Below are positions 50,361-63,513 of a stretch of 64,000 nucleotides of DNA, in pieces; position 1 is the stretch's first letter; each line of letters begins with the position of its first letter. The DNA is from Phyllobates terribilis (Eukaryota). The DNA lies in contig NW_027362765.1 in assembly GCF_046119375.1 (NCBI RefSeq), forward strand, positions 391,468,001 to 391,532,000, given 5' to 3'. The notes below the pieces were generated by a model. The model was not told the origin of the DNA, did no database searches, and saw only the letters and a program-made list of their open reading frames with translations. Both the position numbers and the translations under genes were made by a program.

Positions 50361-53300
50361 CAGCATTTTAGTAGTTATATTCTTGTACATAGAGGCAGTA
50401 TTATAGTAGTTATATTCTTGTACATAGGAGCAGTATTATAGTAGTTATATTCTTGTACATAGGGGTAGTATTATAGTAGTTATATTCTTGTACATAGGGG
50501 GCAGTATTATAGTAGTTATATTCTTGTACATAGGGGTAGTATTATAGTAGTTATATTCTTGTACATAGGAACAGTATTATAGTAGTTATATTCTTGTACA
50601 TAGGGGTAGTATTATAGTAGTTATATTCTTGTACATAGGGGCAGTATTATAGTAGGTATATTCTTGTACATAGGGGTAGTATTATAGTAGTTATATTCTT
50701 GTACATAGGGGCAGTATTATAGTAGTTATATTCTTGTACATAGGGGTAGTATTATAGTAGTTATATTCTTGTACATAGGAGCAGTATTATAGTAGTTATA
50801 TTCTTGTACATAGGGGTAGTATTATAGTAGTTATATTCTTGTACATAGGGGGCAGTATTATAGTAGTTATATTCTTGTACATAGGAGCAGTATTATAGTA
50901 GTTATATTCTTGTACATAGGGGTAGTATTATAGTAGTTATATTCTTGTACATAGGGGGCAGTATTATAGTAGTTATATTCTTGTACATAGGGGTAGTATT
51001 ATAGTAGTTATATTCTTGTACATAGGAACAGTATTATAGTAGTTATATTCTTGTACATAGGGGTAGTATTATAGTAGTTATATTCTTGTACATAGGGGCA
51101 GTATTATAGTAGGTATATTCTTGTACATAGGGGTAGTATTATAGTAGTTATATTCTTGTACATAGGGGCAGTATTATAGTAGTTATATTCTTGTACATAG
51201 GGGTAGTATTATAGTAGTTATATTCTTGTACATAGGAGCAGTATTATAGTAGTTATATTCTTGTACATAGGGGTAGTATTATAGTAGTTATATTCTTGTA
51301 CATAGGGGCAGTATTATAGTAGTTATATTCTTGTACATAGGGGTAGTATTATAGTAGTTACATTCTTGTACATAGGAGCAGTATTATAGTAGTTATATTC
51401 TTGTACATAGGAGCAGTATTATAGTAGTTATATTCTTGTACATAGGAACAGTATTATAGTAGTTATATTCTTGTACATAGGAGCAGTATTATAGTAGTTA
51501 TATTCTTGTACATAGGAATAGTATTATAGTAGTTATATTCTTGTACATAGGAGCAGTATTACTGTAGTTATATTCTTGTACATAGGAGCAGTATTATAGT
51601 AGTGATATTCTTGTATACAGGAGCAGTATTATAGTAGTTATATTCTTGTACATAGGGGGCAGTATTATAGTAGTTATATTCTTGTACATAGAGGTCAGTA
51701 TTTTAGTAGTTATATTCTTGTATGTAGGAGCAGTATTATAGTAGTTATATTCTTGTACATAGGGGCAGTATTATAGTAGTTATATTCTTGTACATAGGGG
51801 CAGTATTATAGTAGTTATATTCTTGTACATAGAGGCAGTATTATAGTAGTTATATTCTTGTACATAGGAGCAGTATTATAGTAGTTATATTCTTGTACAT
51901 AGGAGCAGTATTATAGTAGTTATATTCTTGTACATAGGAGCAGTATTATAGTAGTTATATTCTTGTACATAGGAGCAGTATTATAGTAGTTATATTCTTG
52001 TACATAGGAGCAGTATTATAGTAGTTATATTCTTGTACATAGGGGGCAGTATTATAGTAGGTATATTCTTGTACATAGGGGCCAGTATTATAGTAGTTAT
52101 ATTCTCGTTCATACGGGGCAGTATTATAGTAGTTATATTCTTGTACATAGGGGCAGTATTATAGTAGTTATACTATTGTACATAGGGGCAGTATTATAGT
52201 AGTTATATTGTTGTACATAGGAGCAGTATTCTAGTAGTTATATTCTTGTACATAGGAGCAGTATTATAGTAGTTATATTCTTGTACATAGGGGCAGTATT
52301 ATAGTAGGTATATTCTTGTACATAGGGGCAGTATTATAGTAGGTATATTCTTGTACATAGGAGCAGTATTATAGTAGTTATATTCTTGTACATAGGAGCA
52401 GTATTATAGTAGTTATATTCTTGTACATAGGGGGCAGTATTATAGTAGGTATATTCTTGTACATAGGGGGCAGTATTAAAGTAGTTATATTCTCGTTCAT
52501 AGGGGGCAGTATTATAGTAGTTATATTCTTGTACTTAGGGGAAGTATTATAGTAGTTATACTATTGTACATAGGGGCAGTATTATAGTAGTTATATTCTT
52601 GTACATAGGAGCAGTATTATAGTAGTTATATTCTTGTACATAGGAACAGTATTATAGTAGTTATATTCTTGTACATAGGAGCAGTATTATAGTAGTTATA
52701 TTCTTGTACATGGGAGCAGTATTATAGTAGTTATATTCTTGTACATAGGAACAGTATTATAGTAGTTATATTCTTGTACATAGGAGCAGTATTATAGTAG
52801 TTATATTCTTGTACATAGGGGTAGTATTATAGTAGTTATATTCTTGTACATAGGGGGCAGTATTATAGTAGTTATATTCTTGTACATAGGGGTAGTATTA
52901 TAGTAGTTATATTCTTGTACATAGGAACAGTATTATAGTAGTTATATTCTTGTACATAGGGGTAGTATTATAGTAGTTATATTCTTGTACATAGGGGCAG
53001 TATTATAGTAGGTATATTCTTGTACATAGGGGTAGTATTATAGTAGTTATATTCTTGTACATAGGGGCAGTATTATAGTAGTTATATTCTTGTACATAGG
53101 GGTAGTATTATAGTAGTTATATTCTTGTACATAGGAGCAGTATTATAGTAGTTATATTCTTGTACATAGGGGTAGTATTATAGTAGTTATATTCTTGTAC
53201 ATAGGGGCAGTATTATAGTAGTTATATTCTTGTACATAGGGGTAGTATTATAGTAGTTACATTCTTGTACATAGGAGCAGTATTATAGTAGTTATATTCT

Positions 53301-55848
53301 TGTACATAGGAGCAGTATTATAGTAGTTATATTCTTGTACATAGGAACAGTATTATAGTAGTTATATTCTTGTACATAGGAGCAGTATTATAGTAGTTAT
53401 ATTCTTGTACATAGGAATAGTATTATAGTAGTTATATTCTTGTACATAGGAGCAGTATTACTGTAGTTATATTCTTGTACATAGGAGCAGTATTATAGTA
53501 GTGATATTCTTGTATACAGGAGCAGTATTATAGTAGTTATATTCTTGTACATAGGGGGCAGTATTATAGTAGTTATATTCTTGTACATAGAGGTCAGTAT
53601 TTTAGTAGTTATATTCTTGTATGTAGGAGCAGTATTATAGTAGTTATATTCTTGTACATAGGGGCAGTATTATAGTAGTTATATTCTTGTACATAGGGGC
53701 AGTATTATAGTAGTTATATTCTTGTACATAGAGGCAGTATTATAGTAGTTATATTCTTGTACATAGGAGCAGTATTATAGTAGTTATATTCTTGTACATA
53801 GGAGCAGTATTATAGTAGTTATATTCTTGTACATAGGAGCAGTATTATAGTAGTTATATTCTTGTACATAGGAGCAGTATTATAGTAGTTATATTCTTGT
53901 ACATAGGAGCAGTATTATAGTAGTTATATTCTTGTACATAGGGGGCAGTATTATAGTAGGTATATTCTTGTACATAGGGGCCAGTATTATAGTAGTTATA
54001 TTCTCGTTCATACGGGGCAGTATTATAGTAGTTATATTCTCGTTCATACGGGGCAGTATTATAGTAGTTATACTATTGTACATAGGGGCAGTATTATAGT
54101 AGTTATATTGTTGTACATAGGGGCAGTATTATAGTAGTTATATTGTTGTACATAGGAGCAGTATTCTAGTAGTTATATTCTTGTACATAGGAGCAGTATT
54201 ATAGTAGTTATATTCTTGTACATAGGGGCAGTATTATAGTAGGTATATTCTTGTACATAGGGGCAGTATTATAGTAGGTATATTCTTGTACATAGGAGCA
54301 GTATTATAGTAGTTATATTCTTGTACATAGGAGCAGTATTATAGTAGTTATATTCTTGTACATAGGGGGCAGTATTATAGTAGGTATATTCTTGTACATA
54401 GGGGGCAGTATTAAAGTAGTTATATTCTCGTTCATAGGGGGCAGTATTATAGTAGTTATATTCTTGTACTTAGGGGAAGTATTATAGTAGTTATACTATT
54501 GTACATAGGGGCAGTATTATAGTAGTTATATTCTTGTACATAGGAGCAGTATTATAGTAGTTATATTCTTGTACATAGGAACAGTATTATAGTAGTTATA
54601 TTCTTGTACATAGGAGCAGTATTATAGTAGTTATATTCTTGTACATGGGAGCAGTATTATAGTAGTTATATTCTTGTACATAGGAACAGTATTATAGTAG
54701 TTATATTCTTGTACATAGGAGCAGTATTATAGTAGTTATATTCTTGTACATAGGAATAGTATTATAGTAGTTATATTCTTGTACATAGGAGCAGTATTAC
54801 TGTAGTTATATTCTTGTACATAGGAGCAGTATTATAGTAGTTATATTCTTGTATACAGGAGCAGTATTTTAGTAGTTATATTCTTGTATGTAGGAGCAGT
54901 ATTATAGTAGTTATATTCTTGTACATAGAGGCAGTATTATAGTAGTTATATTCTTGTACATAGGAGCAGTATTATAGTAGTTATATTCTTGTACATAGGA
55001 GCAGTATTATAGTAGTTATATTCTTGTACATAGGAGCAGTATTATAGTAGTTATATTCTTGTACATAGGAGCAGTATTATAGTAGTTATATTCTTGTACA
55101 TAGGAGCAGTATTATAGTAGTTATATTCTTGTACATAGGGGGCAGTATTATAGTAGGTATATTCTTGTACATAGGGGCCAGTATTATAGTAGTTATATTC
55201 TCGTTCATACGGGGCAGTATTATAGTAGTTATATTCTTGTACATAGGGGCAGTATTATAGTAGTTATACTATTGTACATAGGGGCAGTATTATAGTAGTT
55301 ATATTGTTGTACATAGGAGCAGTATTCTAGTAGTTATATTCTTGTACATAGGAGCAGTATTATAGTAGTTATATTCTTGTACATAGGGGCAGTATTATAG
55401 TAGGTATATTCTTGTACATAGGGGCAGTATTATAGTAGGTATATTCTTGTACATAGGAGCAGTATTATAGTAGTTATATTCTTGTACATAGGAGCAGTAT
55501 TATAGTAGTTATATTCTTGTACATAGGGGGCAGTATTATAGTAGGTATATTCTTGTACATAGGGGGCAGTATTAAAGTAGTTATATTCTCGTTCATAGGG
55601 GGCAGTATTATAGTAGTTATATTCTTGTACTTAGGGGAAGTATTATTATAGTTATACTATTGTACATAGGGGCAGTATTATAGTAGTTATATTCTTGTAC
55701 ATAGGAGCAGTATTATAGTAGTTATATTCTTGTACATAGGAGCAGTATTATAGTAGTTATATTCTTGTACATAGGAGCAGTATTATAGTAGTTATATTCT
55801 TGTACATAGGGGGCAGTATTATAGTAGTTATATTCTTGTCCATAGGAG
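50361..55848. repeat. 35-36 bp satellite array, left block
   Basis: GCAGTATTATAGTAGTTATATTCTTGTACATAG(GA/GG) repeated about 150 times. Confidence 0.98.
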
Positions 55849-55888
55849 AGGATAGACGTGTGCTTGAGAGCTCTCAGCAGGCGGAGGC

Positions 55889-58393
55889 ATGGCTTCTGAC
55901 CCAGGTGGAGGGGAGGGGAGCTGGGCTGATGATCCAGGGAAAGCCCCTGGTCTGGAGTCTGGCCTGCAGCATGTATCTGATGGTAATGGAAAGTTGGAGA
56001 TGGTGGCTGGTGAGTCTTCTAAACCTGCTTGTAATGTTGCTGGATTAAGTGGTAAAGTTACAAGGCAAAGTTTATTTAAGCTGGAATTGCAAATCAGCAA
56101 ACTAAAAGAAGAAATTAAGAAAGAGACTGATCTTAAGGTAAAACTGATGAAGTGCGAGTGTCTGGATGATTGCAGCCGAGAGCTGCTGATCAGGAAAGAA
56201 AAACTGGAGAAAGGTTTAATCTCTGTGCCCAGAAAGGAGACTTGGGCTAAAGAGAAAAAAAAAGAATCCAGAGCCCAGACTGTGAGCAGAAAACGCTTTA
56301 TTGGGAATATGGACATTAAATATAAAACTGTGTACAGCATTGTGGAGCAAGGAAACCCAGTGAGAAGTGCAGTGCTGATATCAGGGGCACAATGTGAGGG
56401 GTCCGAGACACCAGAAAGTGCTGCAGAGGAAAGTGTGCCAGCAAAAGAGGGGTTAACTGCAGTGACCTCTGTATGCAGCAATGAAGTGAGCTCAGCTGCT
56501 GAGAGTGAGAAAGAAAGTGCACCCTGTACTGATACTGTGAGTGAGACCCCCCTCAGCGCTGTGAGTGAGACCCCGCTCACTGGTGCTAGTGAATGTTTGT
56601 CTACAGCAGATAATACAAATATTATAATGGACTCTGAACCCTCCATGTCAGTGAATGGAGACAATACTGTGCAGCAATCAGTGGTAATGGACTCAATGTC
56701 ATGTATGTCAGCGGATGGAGACCACACTGCAGTGGTAATGGACTCTCAACCCTCCTTGTCAGTGAATAGAGACAATACTGTGCAACAATCAGTAGTAGAT
56801 CTGGGTGTTGTTGCAGCACAGTCAGGTGTCAGTAATCATGGAGCTAGGGAGAGCTCCAGCACTAATCCTCCAGCAGCGGTGGAGATCTCCAGCACTGATC
56901 CACCTGCAGCTGGTGAAAGCTCCGGCACTGACCCATCTGCGGCTGGTGAAAGCTCCGACACTGACCAATCTGCTGACCATCAGTTCAGGAGACTATTCTC
57001 TAATGTCACCAGACCAGTGAACCCCCCACCTCAGAGGAGAAACGCAGTCAGGATAAAATACACAGGACCAGAGGAGAACATCCCATCCAGAATTTACATT
57101 GGGAAAGTTCTCCTGAAAGACTTCATGAAGTTCAATGCGTCTGAGGTCTACGCTCTGATCCATATCCCATCCAGCAGGATCTATGACATCAGCTTTAAGC
57201 TCCAGTGCGATCTGGATTTGTTCTGGAACATCTATAATGACACCAGAGAAGATAAGATCTGGGATGACCTCCATTGTATCCAGCTGTCTAAGCCGCAGGA
57301 GATAACAGCCACTGTCCTGTTCCAGTCTGAGGTGGTGGCGGTGGCAGATCTGCAGCACTGGCTGAACCGGCAGTGCATAGTGAGAAGTCATCCCGACAAG
57401 ATCTATGACGAGGAGCAGATATGGAATGGAGGATAAACTGTGAAAATCCAGCTGATACAACAGAGCGGTGTGACCAGACACCTGCCGCACTCCTTCTACC
57501 TGGGATCAAAGAGGGGGATATGCTACTACCCTGGTCAGCCACGTCTGTGCCATAGATGTGGGGGCCGGCATCTCGCCATAAACTGCTCTCGTATCACATG
57601 CTCATTATGTGGACAGTCAGGTCATACAAAGGACAAATGCACAGGACCCGTCATCGGTAATCTGTGCTCAGAACCAGGGCATACGTTCCGGGATTGCCGG
57701 CATGCAGAACACAATAAATATAATGGCCAGGCTTCCTCAGAAGTTATTCAGGAAGATGTCACCAGAGGTTCTGATGTCCCAGAAGCTGGTATGGATGAGG
57801 ACAGAAGTCACAGTATCAGTGAACCTGCTCCAGAGTCTCATGTATTAACAGATTCTGCACTACTAGGACCACCAGCCACTGAAGAACCACCTAAAGGCCC
57901 ACCAGCCACTAAAGAAAGACCTAAACCGCCATCAGTCAATATAATAAGACCTAAGTTTCGATCAGCCACTAAAGTAGGGCCTAAAATGGCAGTTGTTAAA
58001 GAGAGGCCTAAGGTGTCCAGAAAGCCTGTCACCAAATCATCCAAGCATCAGCCCAGTACATCTGCGGAAGCAGTTAGTCCGCCTGCACTGTCCAGTGTGG
58101 ATGAGGAAGGCTTTGTGACCGTAAAAAGAAAAAATGCATCTGTGGATCCGACCAGAAAAGTCACAACAATACAGAAAACCTCTGAGCCTGCAGTGCTGGC
58201 GATAAGTCCTGGACGTTACAATGTGCTGGGAGAAGACGACCAAGAAGAAGAGGCACAAATGGAGCAAAGTCCTTCATGCGTCCTAGAAAACGTCTCTGAT
58301 GAGGGGGATCCTGACCTTCCCGTGTCCACAAAGATCTGGGGCACTGCAGGTGACAGCAGTGGAAGGAGGAAGAAGACCAAAAAGTCAAAGTGA
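55889..58393 (+). pseudogene. ORF1 (gag-like, ZCCHC3-like zinc knuckle protein) with one in-frame premature stop at 57434-57436
   Basis: The 515-aa and 317-aa ORFs are in the same frame (WNGG*TVKIQL); CHRCGGRHLAINC, CSLCGQSGHTKDKC, NLCSEPGHTFRDC. Confidence 0.85.
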
Positions 58394-61300
58394 TCAGGAT
58401 GCGGCTGAGAATAAGCTCCATTAATGTGAACAGTGTGAGGACTGCGAGCCGGCGGCAGGCGATTTACCAGCGTTTGTCTGACGAGAGATCTGACGTCTTC
58501 TTCTTGCAGGAGACGTATCTGAAGATCAATGCTCATGTGTATGCAGCCAAGAGAGACTGGAGACTTGGGCCGTCATACTGGTCCTTCGGTCTGGAGGGAA
58601 ATGACGGTGTGGGGGTCCTCTTTAATACCATGAATGTCCAGGTGGACAGAGTCCTGGAGATCTGTCCGGGTCGCTGTCTGATGCTGGACTTTACATTGGA
58701 CTCCATCCATTATAGAGCGATAAACATTTATGCTCCGCAGACCAGGAAAGAGCGGAGGGAACTATTTGACCACATGAAACCATATTGCTTTACATCTAAA
58801 GTATTTATATTGTGTGGAGAGTTTAATAATGTGTCCTGTAATGTGGACAGATCCAGCAGTTATAAGCAACTAAGATATGATGAGACGTTCCTTAATAATA
58901 TAGTCCAGCAGGCCCACCTAGTAGACCCCTACGGGTCTCATCATACCAGTAAGACGTACACTTACCATAAGGGTGGTAATGCCAGTAGGATAGACCGGGT
59001 GTATATAAAGAGGGAGGTGAGATGCTCTCAGTACAGGATCAGCCCCCTGGAGTGTTCGGACCATTGTATGGTGAGTGTGACGCTGGATCTGGCCCAAGCT
59101 GTGGTCTGTGGAAAGGGGTACTGGAAGGTGAACAGCTCTGTAGTCCAAGATCCTCGGTTCACAGAGTCCTTCACCACATTCTATAATGAACGTAGGACCA
59201 CCCAGTGTATGTGTGATGACACAGCCGAGTGGTGGGAGATCATGAAGAGTGACATCAAGCAGTTTATTATACGAGCAGCCAGGAGACGTAGTAATATGGA
59301 TTATATGAGATACACAGCCCTGAGACTGCACCTCAGCCGGCTTTACAGCAGGATGAATGGTGGTGAGGAGGTGGACGGACGGAGCGTCAGCCATATAAAG
59401 CAGCGGATGAGGGAGCTGCAGTACGATCGCCTCAAGTCTCTCAAGGCGGAGGGACAGTTTGATAGTTGGGGCGTCCATAACCCAGATCCCTTTATTGCTT
59501 GTAAGAACAGGGTTAGTAAGAAGCTGATCACTGGCTTGTTAGATGAGAATGGGGTGGAGCGTTCAGAGCCGGAGAAAGTCCACAGGATCATTGGGGATTA
59601 TTATAGAGATCTGTATAAAGGGGCTCATATTGATAAGGATGACATTAAAGCCTATCTGAAGGGGGTGTCCCAACCAATGTTAGACCTGGTGCAGGCAGAT
59701 AGTATGGCCGATCCCATAACTGAGGATGAGGTGAAGAGGGGCATTGACTCCTTAAAGGCCAACAAGAGCCCAGGACTGGACGACCTGACCAGCGAGTTTT
59801 ACAAAGAGTTCAGGGACTTGTTGGCTCCGGACCTGGTGCAGGTTTATAATGATTGCCTCTCTGCAGGGAAGCTCCTACAGTCCCAGTATAGATCTGTTCT
59901 GGTTCTCTTAGCAAAGAAGGGAAATCTAAAAGATGTAAAGAACTGGCGTCCACTGTCTTTGCTAAACACTGACTATAAAATCCTGGGCAAGATCTTGTAT
60001 TATCGGCTGAGTGAGGTGGCGGGTGAGCTGATCATCGCCAACCAGACGTGTGGTGTGAAGTGTCAGACGATAGAGGACTCATTGCTGCTGGTGAGAGAAG
60101 CTGTGACGTATATTAAGCAGCACAATGTGGGGGCGTATATTGTGGGCTTAGACCAGAGTAAAGCCTTTGATAGAGTCCATCATGACTACCTGTACCAGGT
60201 GTTGTTACACTATGGCCTCCCGCTGCGGTTTGTGCAGTGGCTGCAGGTTGTGTATAAGGAGGCTGTAAGCCTGCCGCTGATTAATGGTCACTTGGCCCGA
60301 GCCCTTCAGGATCATGTCAGGGGTGAGGCAGGGCTGTCCTCTCAGCCCATTGTTGTATGTTTTCAGTCTGGATCCTTTCCTCAGAAAAGTGCAGGATCAT
60401 ACAGGTTTCACAGGGCTGAGTTGTTGCCTGCAGAGTACAGTGGAGGATGTAAAGTTCTGCACCTATGCGGATGACGTGTCGGTGGTGGTGTCGTCTAGAG
60501 ATGACTGTGCGGCTCTACAGCAGGAGATCACAGCCTTCTCCAATGTGTCTAACTCCTCTGTGAATATGGAGAAGAGCGAGGCGTTGTGGTTGGGGGGTGA
60601 CAGTGATGTCTTCTCTGTGCCCTTCAGAACAGTTCAGGGTCAGATAAAGATTTTGGGAGTAGTGTTTGGAGCTGTAGATGATGGGAAGGTGAACTGGGAG
60701 GAGAAGCTGGTGGTGTGTGAGGAGAAGGTGCAGAGCTGGAGACACTGGAAGCTGATGTATCTGGAGAAGGTCCGCCTGCTGAAGACCTTCCTGCTCCCAC
60801 TCTTCCTCTATATCAGTGTGGTGTTCCCGGTGCCCGATGCGTTACTCCCCAGACTTACCAATGTCTTCTTTCACTTCTTGTGGGGTAACAGAGTGAATGT
60901 GGTCAGGAGAAACATTGTCTACCTCCCCCATAAGGAGGGTGGTCTCTCCATGCCCTGTCCTGAGCTCTTCTTTAATCTTATGTTTCTTATGAAGAACTTT
61001 TCATTTTGTAAGAATTCAGAGAAGACGCCATGGTCTTGTTTGTTTAAGGGCCAGATCCAGCAGTTTGTGTCCGTGTGGTCTGTAGGGGACCCCATCAAGA
61101 GAATCTCAGGACGACTAAAGAATAATGTTTCTTGGTATGGTGTCCATATAATAAGTAAGGTCGTTAGATGGAGGATCCTGTATGAGGACGTCAAGCAGCT
61201 CAGTAGGAAGGAGCTGTATAAGAACGTTCTATCATCTCACTTTAGTGTCCATGTACAACTGAGGGGCGCCCCAAGTCTAGATGTAAAACAGGCTGCAAAA

Positions 61301-61810
61301 AACGTCCTAGATCCCAGAGTCCCCCCTCATATGAGAGACGTGGCGTGGCTGGGGCTCCATGGTAAGATGTACGTCAGAGACAACCTACAGTGCAGGAATG
61401 TATCAGACAGATCATGTCCTAGAGAAGTGTGTCCCCGTACACAGGAGACCATGGAACATCTGCTGCTAGAGTGTCCCTTCAGTATGCAGGTATGGGAGTG
61501 TGTGTCCTTGTCCCTAAAGTTACCGCACCTGGTGGGACAGTCGTATGGTCAGCTGCTGTACGGAGACTTCCAGCCTGAGCTCAGGGCGTATAACAGAAGC
61601 TTCCTGTATGTAATAAATGTGGTGACCATCTATCATCTGTGGTGTGCACGGTGCTGCCTGCTCATCAATAAGGAGGTCCTGTCCTGTGATAGTGTCAGGT
61701 ATAAGATCCTGGAAAGTCTCAAGTCAGTGTATAAGAAGGATATAAAGATTAACTCAGGTAATTTGAACTGGAGGAACATTCATGGATCGGCATTTATCAA
61801 TGTTATCTAA
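58390..61810 (+). pseudogene. ORF2 (endonuclease + reverse transcriptase) with one frameshift near 60295
   Basis: SINVNS, FFLQET, NIYAP, GEFN, SRIDR, SDH; KSPGLDDL, WRPLSLLNTDYKI, DQSKAFDRV | SGVRQGCPLSP, YADDV, EGGL, ETMEHLLLEC. Confidence 0.92.
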
Positions 61811-61926
61811 TGTCATTGTGTAAGTGATGTAATAACACAGTATTTATTTTCTTTAATATTTATTATTTTGTGATTTTAATGTAATTATTCTGTAATATTT
61901 GTTTGTAAGTTTTAAATAAAAATATC

Positions 61927-62611
61927 ATTATAGTAGTTATATTCTTGTACAAAGGAGCAGTATTATAGTAGTTATATTCTTGTACACATGAGCAGTATTA
62001 TAGTAGTTATATTCTTGTACATAGAGGCAGTATTATAGTAGTTATATTCTTGTACACAGGAGCAGTATTATAGTAGCTATATTCTTGTACACAGGAGCAG
62101 TATTATAGTAGTTATATTCTTGTACACAGGAGCAGTATTATAGTAGTTATATTCTTGTACATAGGGGCAGTATTATAGTAGTTATATTCTTGTATATAGG
62201 AGCAGTATTATAGTAGTTATATTCTTGTACATAGGGAGCAGTATTATAGTAGTTCTATTCTTGTACATAGGGGGCAGTATTATAGTAGTTATATTCTTGT
62301 ACATAGGGGCAGTATTATAGTAGTTATATTCTTGTACATAGGAGCAGTATTATAGTAGTTATATTCTTGTACATAGGAGCAGTATTATAGAAGTTATATT
62401 CTTGTACATAGGGGGCATTATTATAGTAGTTATATTCTTGTACATAGGGGGCAGTATTATAGTAGTTATATTCTTGTACATAGGAGCAGTATTATAGTAG
62501 TTATATTCTTGTACATAGGAGCAGTATTATAGAAGTTATATTCTTGTATATAGGGGGCATTATTATAGTAGTTATATTCTTGTACATAGGAGCAGTATTA
62601 TAGAAGTTGTA
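61927..62611. repeat. 35-36 bp satellite array, right block
   Basis: Same unit and orientation as 50361-55848. Confidence 0.97.
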
Positions 62612-63513
62612 TTATTGGGTTCAGGAGATATTTTTTTTAAAATAATTTGGAATAACTTTTAGCATAGATTTGAAGCCAAAGGAGAAAAAGATTGACAAGT
62701 ATGTTCTTCAAATGGGCATAAATATTACCATCCAAATTATGTGCCCCATTGTAGTGATGGATAGCTTGCCGCCAGTATCATACAAATTACTTTTATATTT
62801 TTCAGAAAAATCAACAATTACAAGAGGAAGACGTGTATGTGAGCCTATAGCCAAGATGGTGATGATTGAGTAAAACAAAGAAGTGTTTCTTTTGGAGAAG
62901 ATATGCAAAATCTGTCACAAATTCATCTTCGGAAAAGTCTGAAATATACAGAAGCGTTAATTATTTCAATTATATACACACCCAACAGCGCTACAGTTAA
63001 TACATAAATTGTATGCAGGGAACATTCCACCATCATCTCCATAGCAATGCTGATTTTTTACTAAATTTAATGTTCTGTGGTTTTTAGGGCATCTTGATGC
63101 CGATGATTAAAACTTCTTCGTTGCTAAGTTTTAGAACATTCAAGAAATGCAGAAGAAAGTGAGAGAACAAAGCCGCAATGTAAGGAACACAGAAGATGAA
63201 ATATCAAAAAGTGATTATTCTTTAAGTGATATGCTCGGTGTGAACTGAATCGCTTGATTCCTGTTCTACCTTGGGCAGAAATCCTGAAAATGTCAGAAAA
63301 AAAGAACCAAGAAAGTGTGCCGCTGAGAAAACTAATCCATATTCAGCTGATGCTTCATGTTATTGAATTATGAAAGACTTTTTGCTACTGGAATTTAGAC
63401 TTACAACAACAAGCTCCAAAAAAAAGTTAAACAAGTACTAAACTTCTAAAAAAAATGGCGGCCAACCAGGTAGAAATACTACTTTTGTACTTACTCTTAC
63501 TACAGTATGTTAG

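Larger units (their letters stand above)
55849..61926 (+). mobile_element. Near full-length Tx1-clade non-LTR retrotransposon inserted in the satellite
   Basis: Short 5' UTR, ORF1 with three CCHC-type knuckles, ORF2 with APE endonuclease, RT and C-terminal zinc finger, AT-rich 3' UTR ending AATAAAAATATC; satellite on both sides. Clade assignment from recalled motif similarity. Confidence 0.88.

Noticed and set aside
55828-61194. Antisense ORFs over the Tx1 element and over other transposase/pol genes
   Set aside because: Shadow ORFs of genuine coding sequence with no independent motifs.
29565-62611. CRISPR-like appearance of the short repeat arrays
   Set aside because: No unique spacers between repeats, no cas genes, eukaryotic context.
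62640-63480. Possible L1 endonuclease/ORF1 remnant on the minus strand
   Set aside because: Weak NIYA-like and LVIVDF-like words in different frames; insufficient to call.
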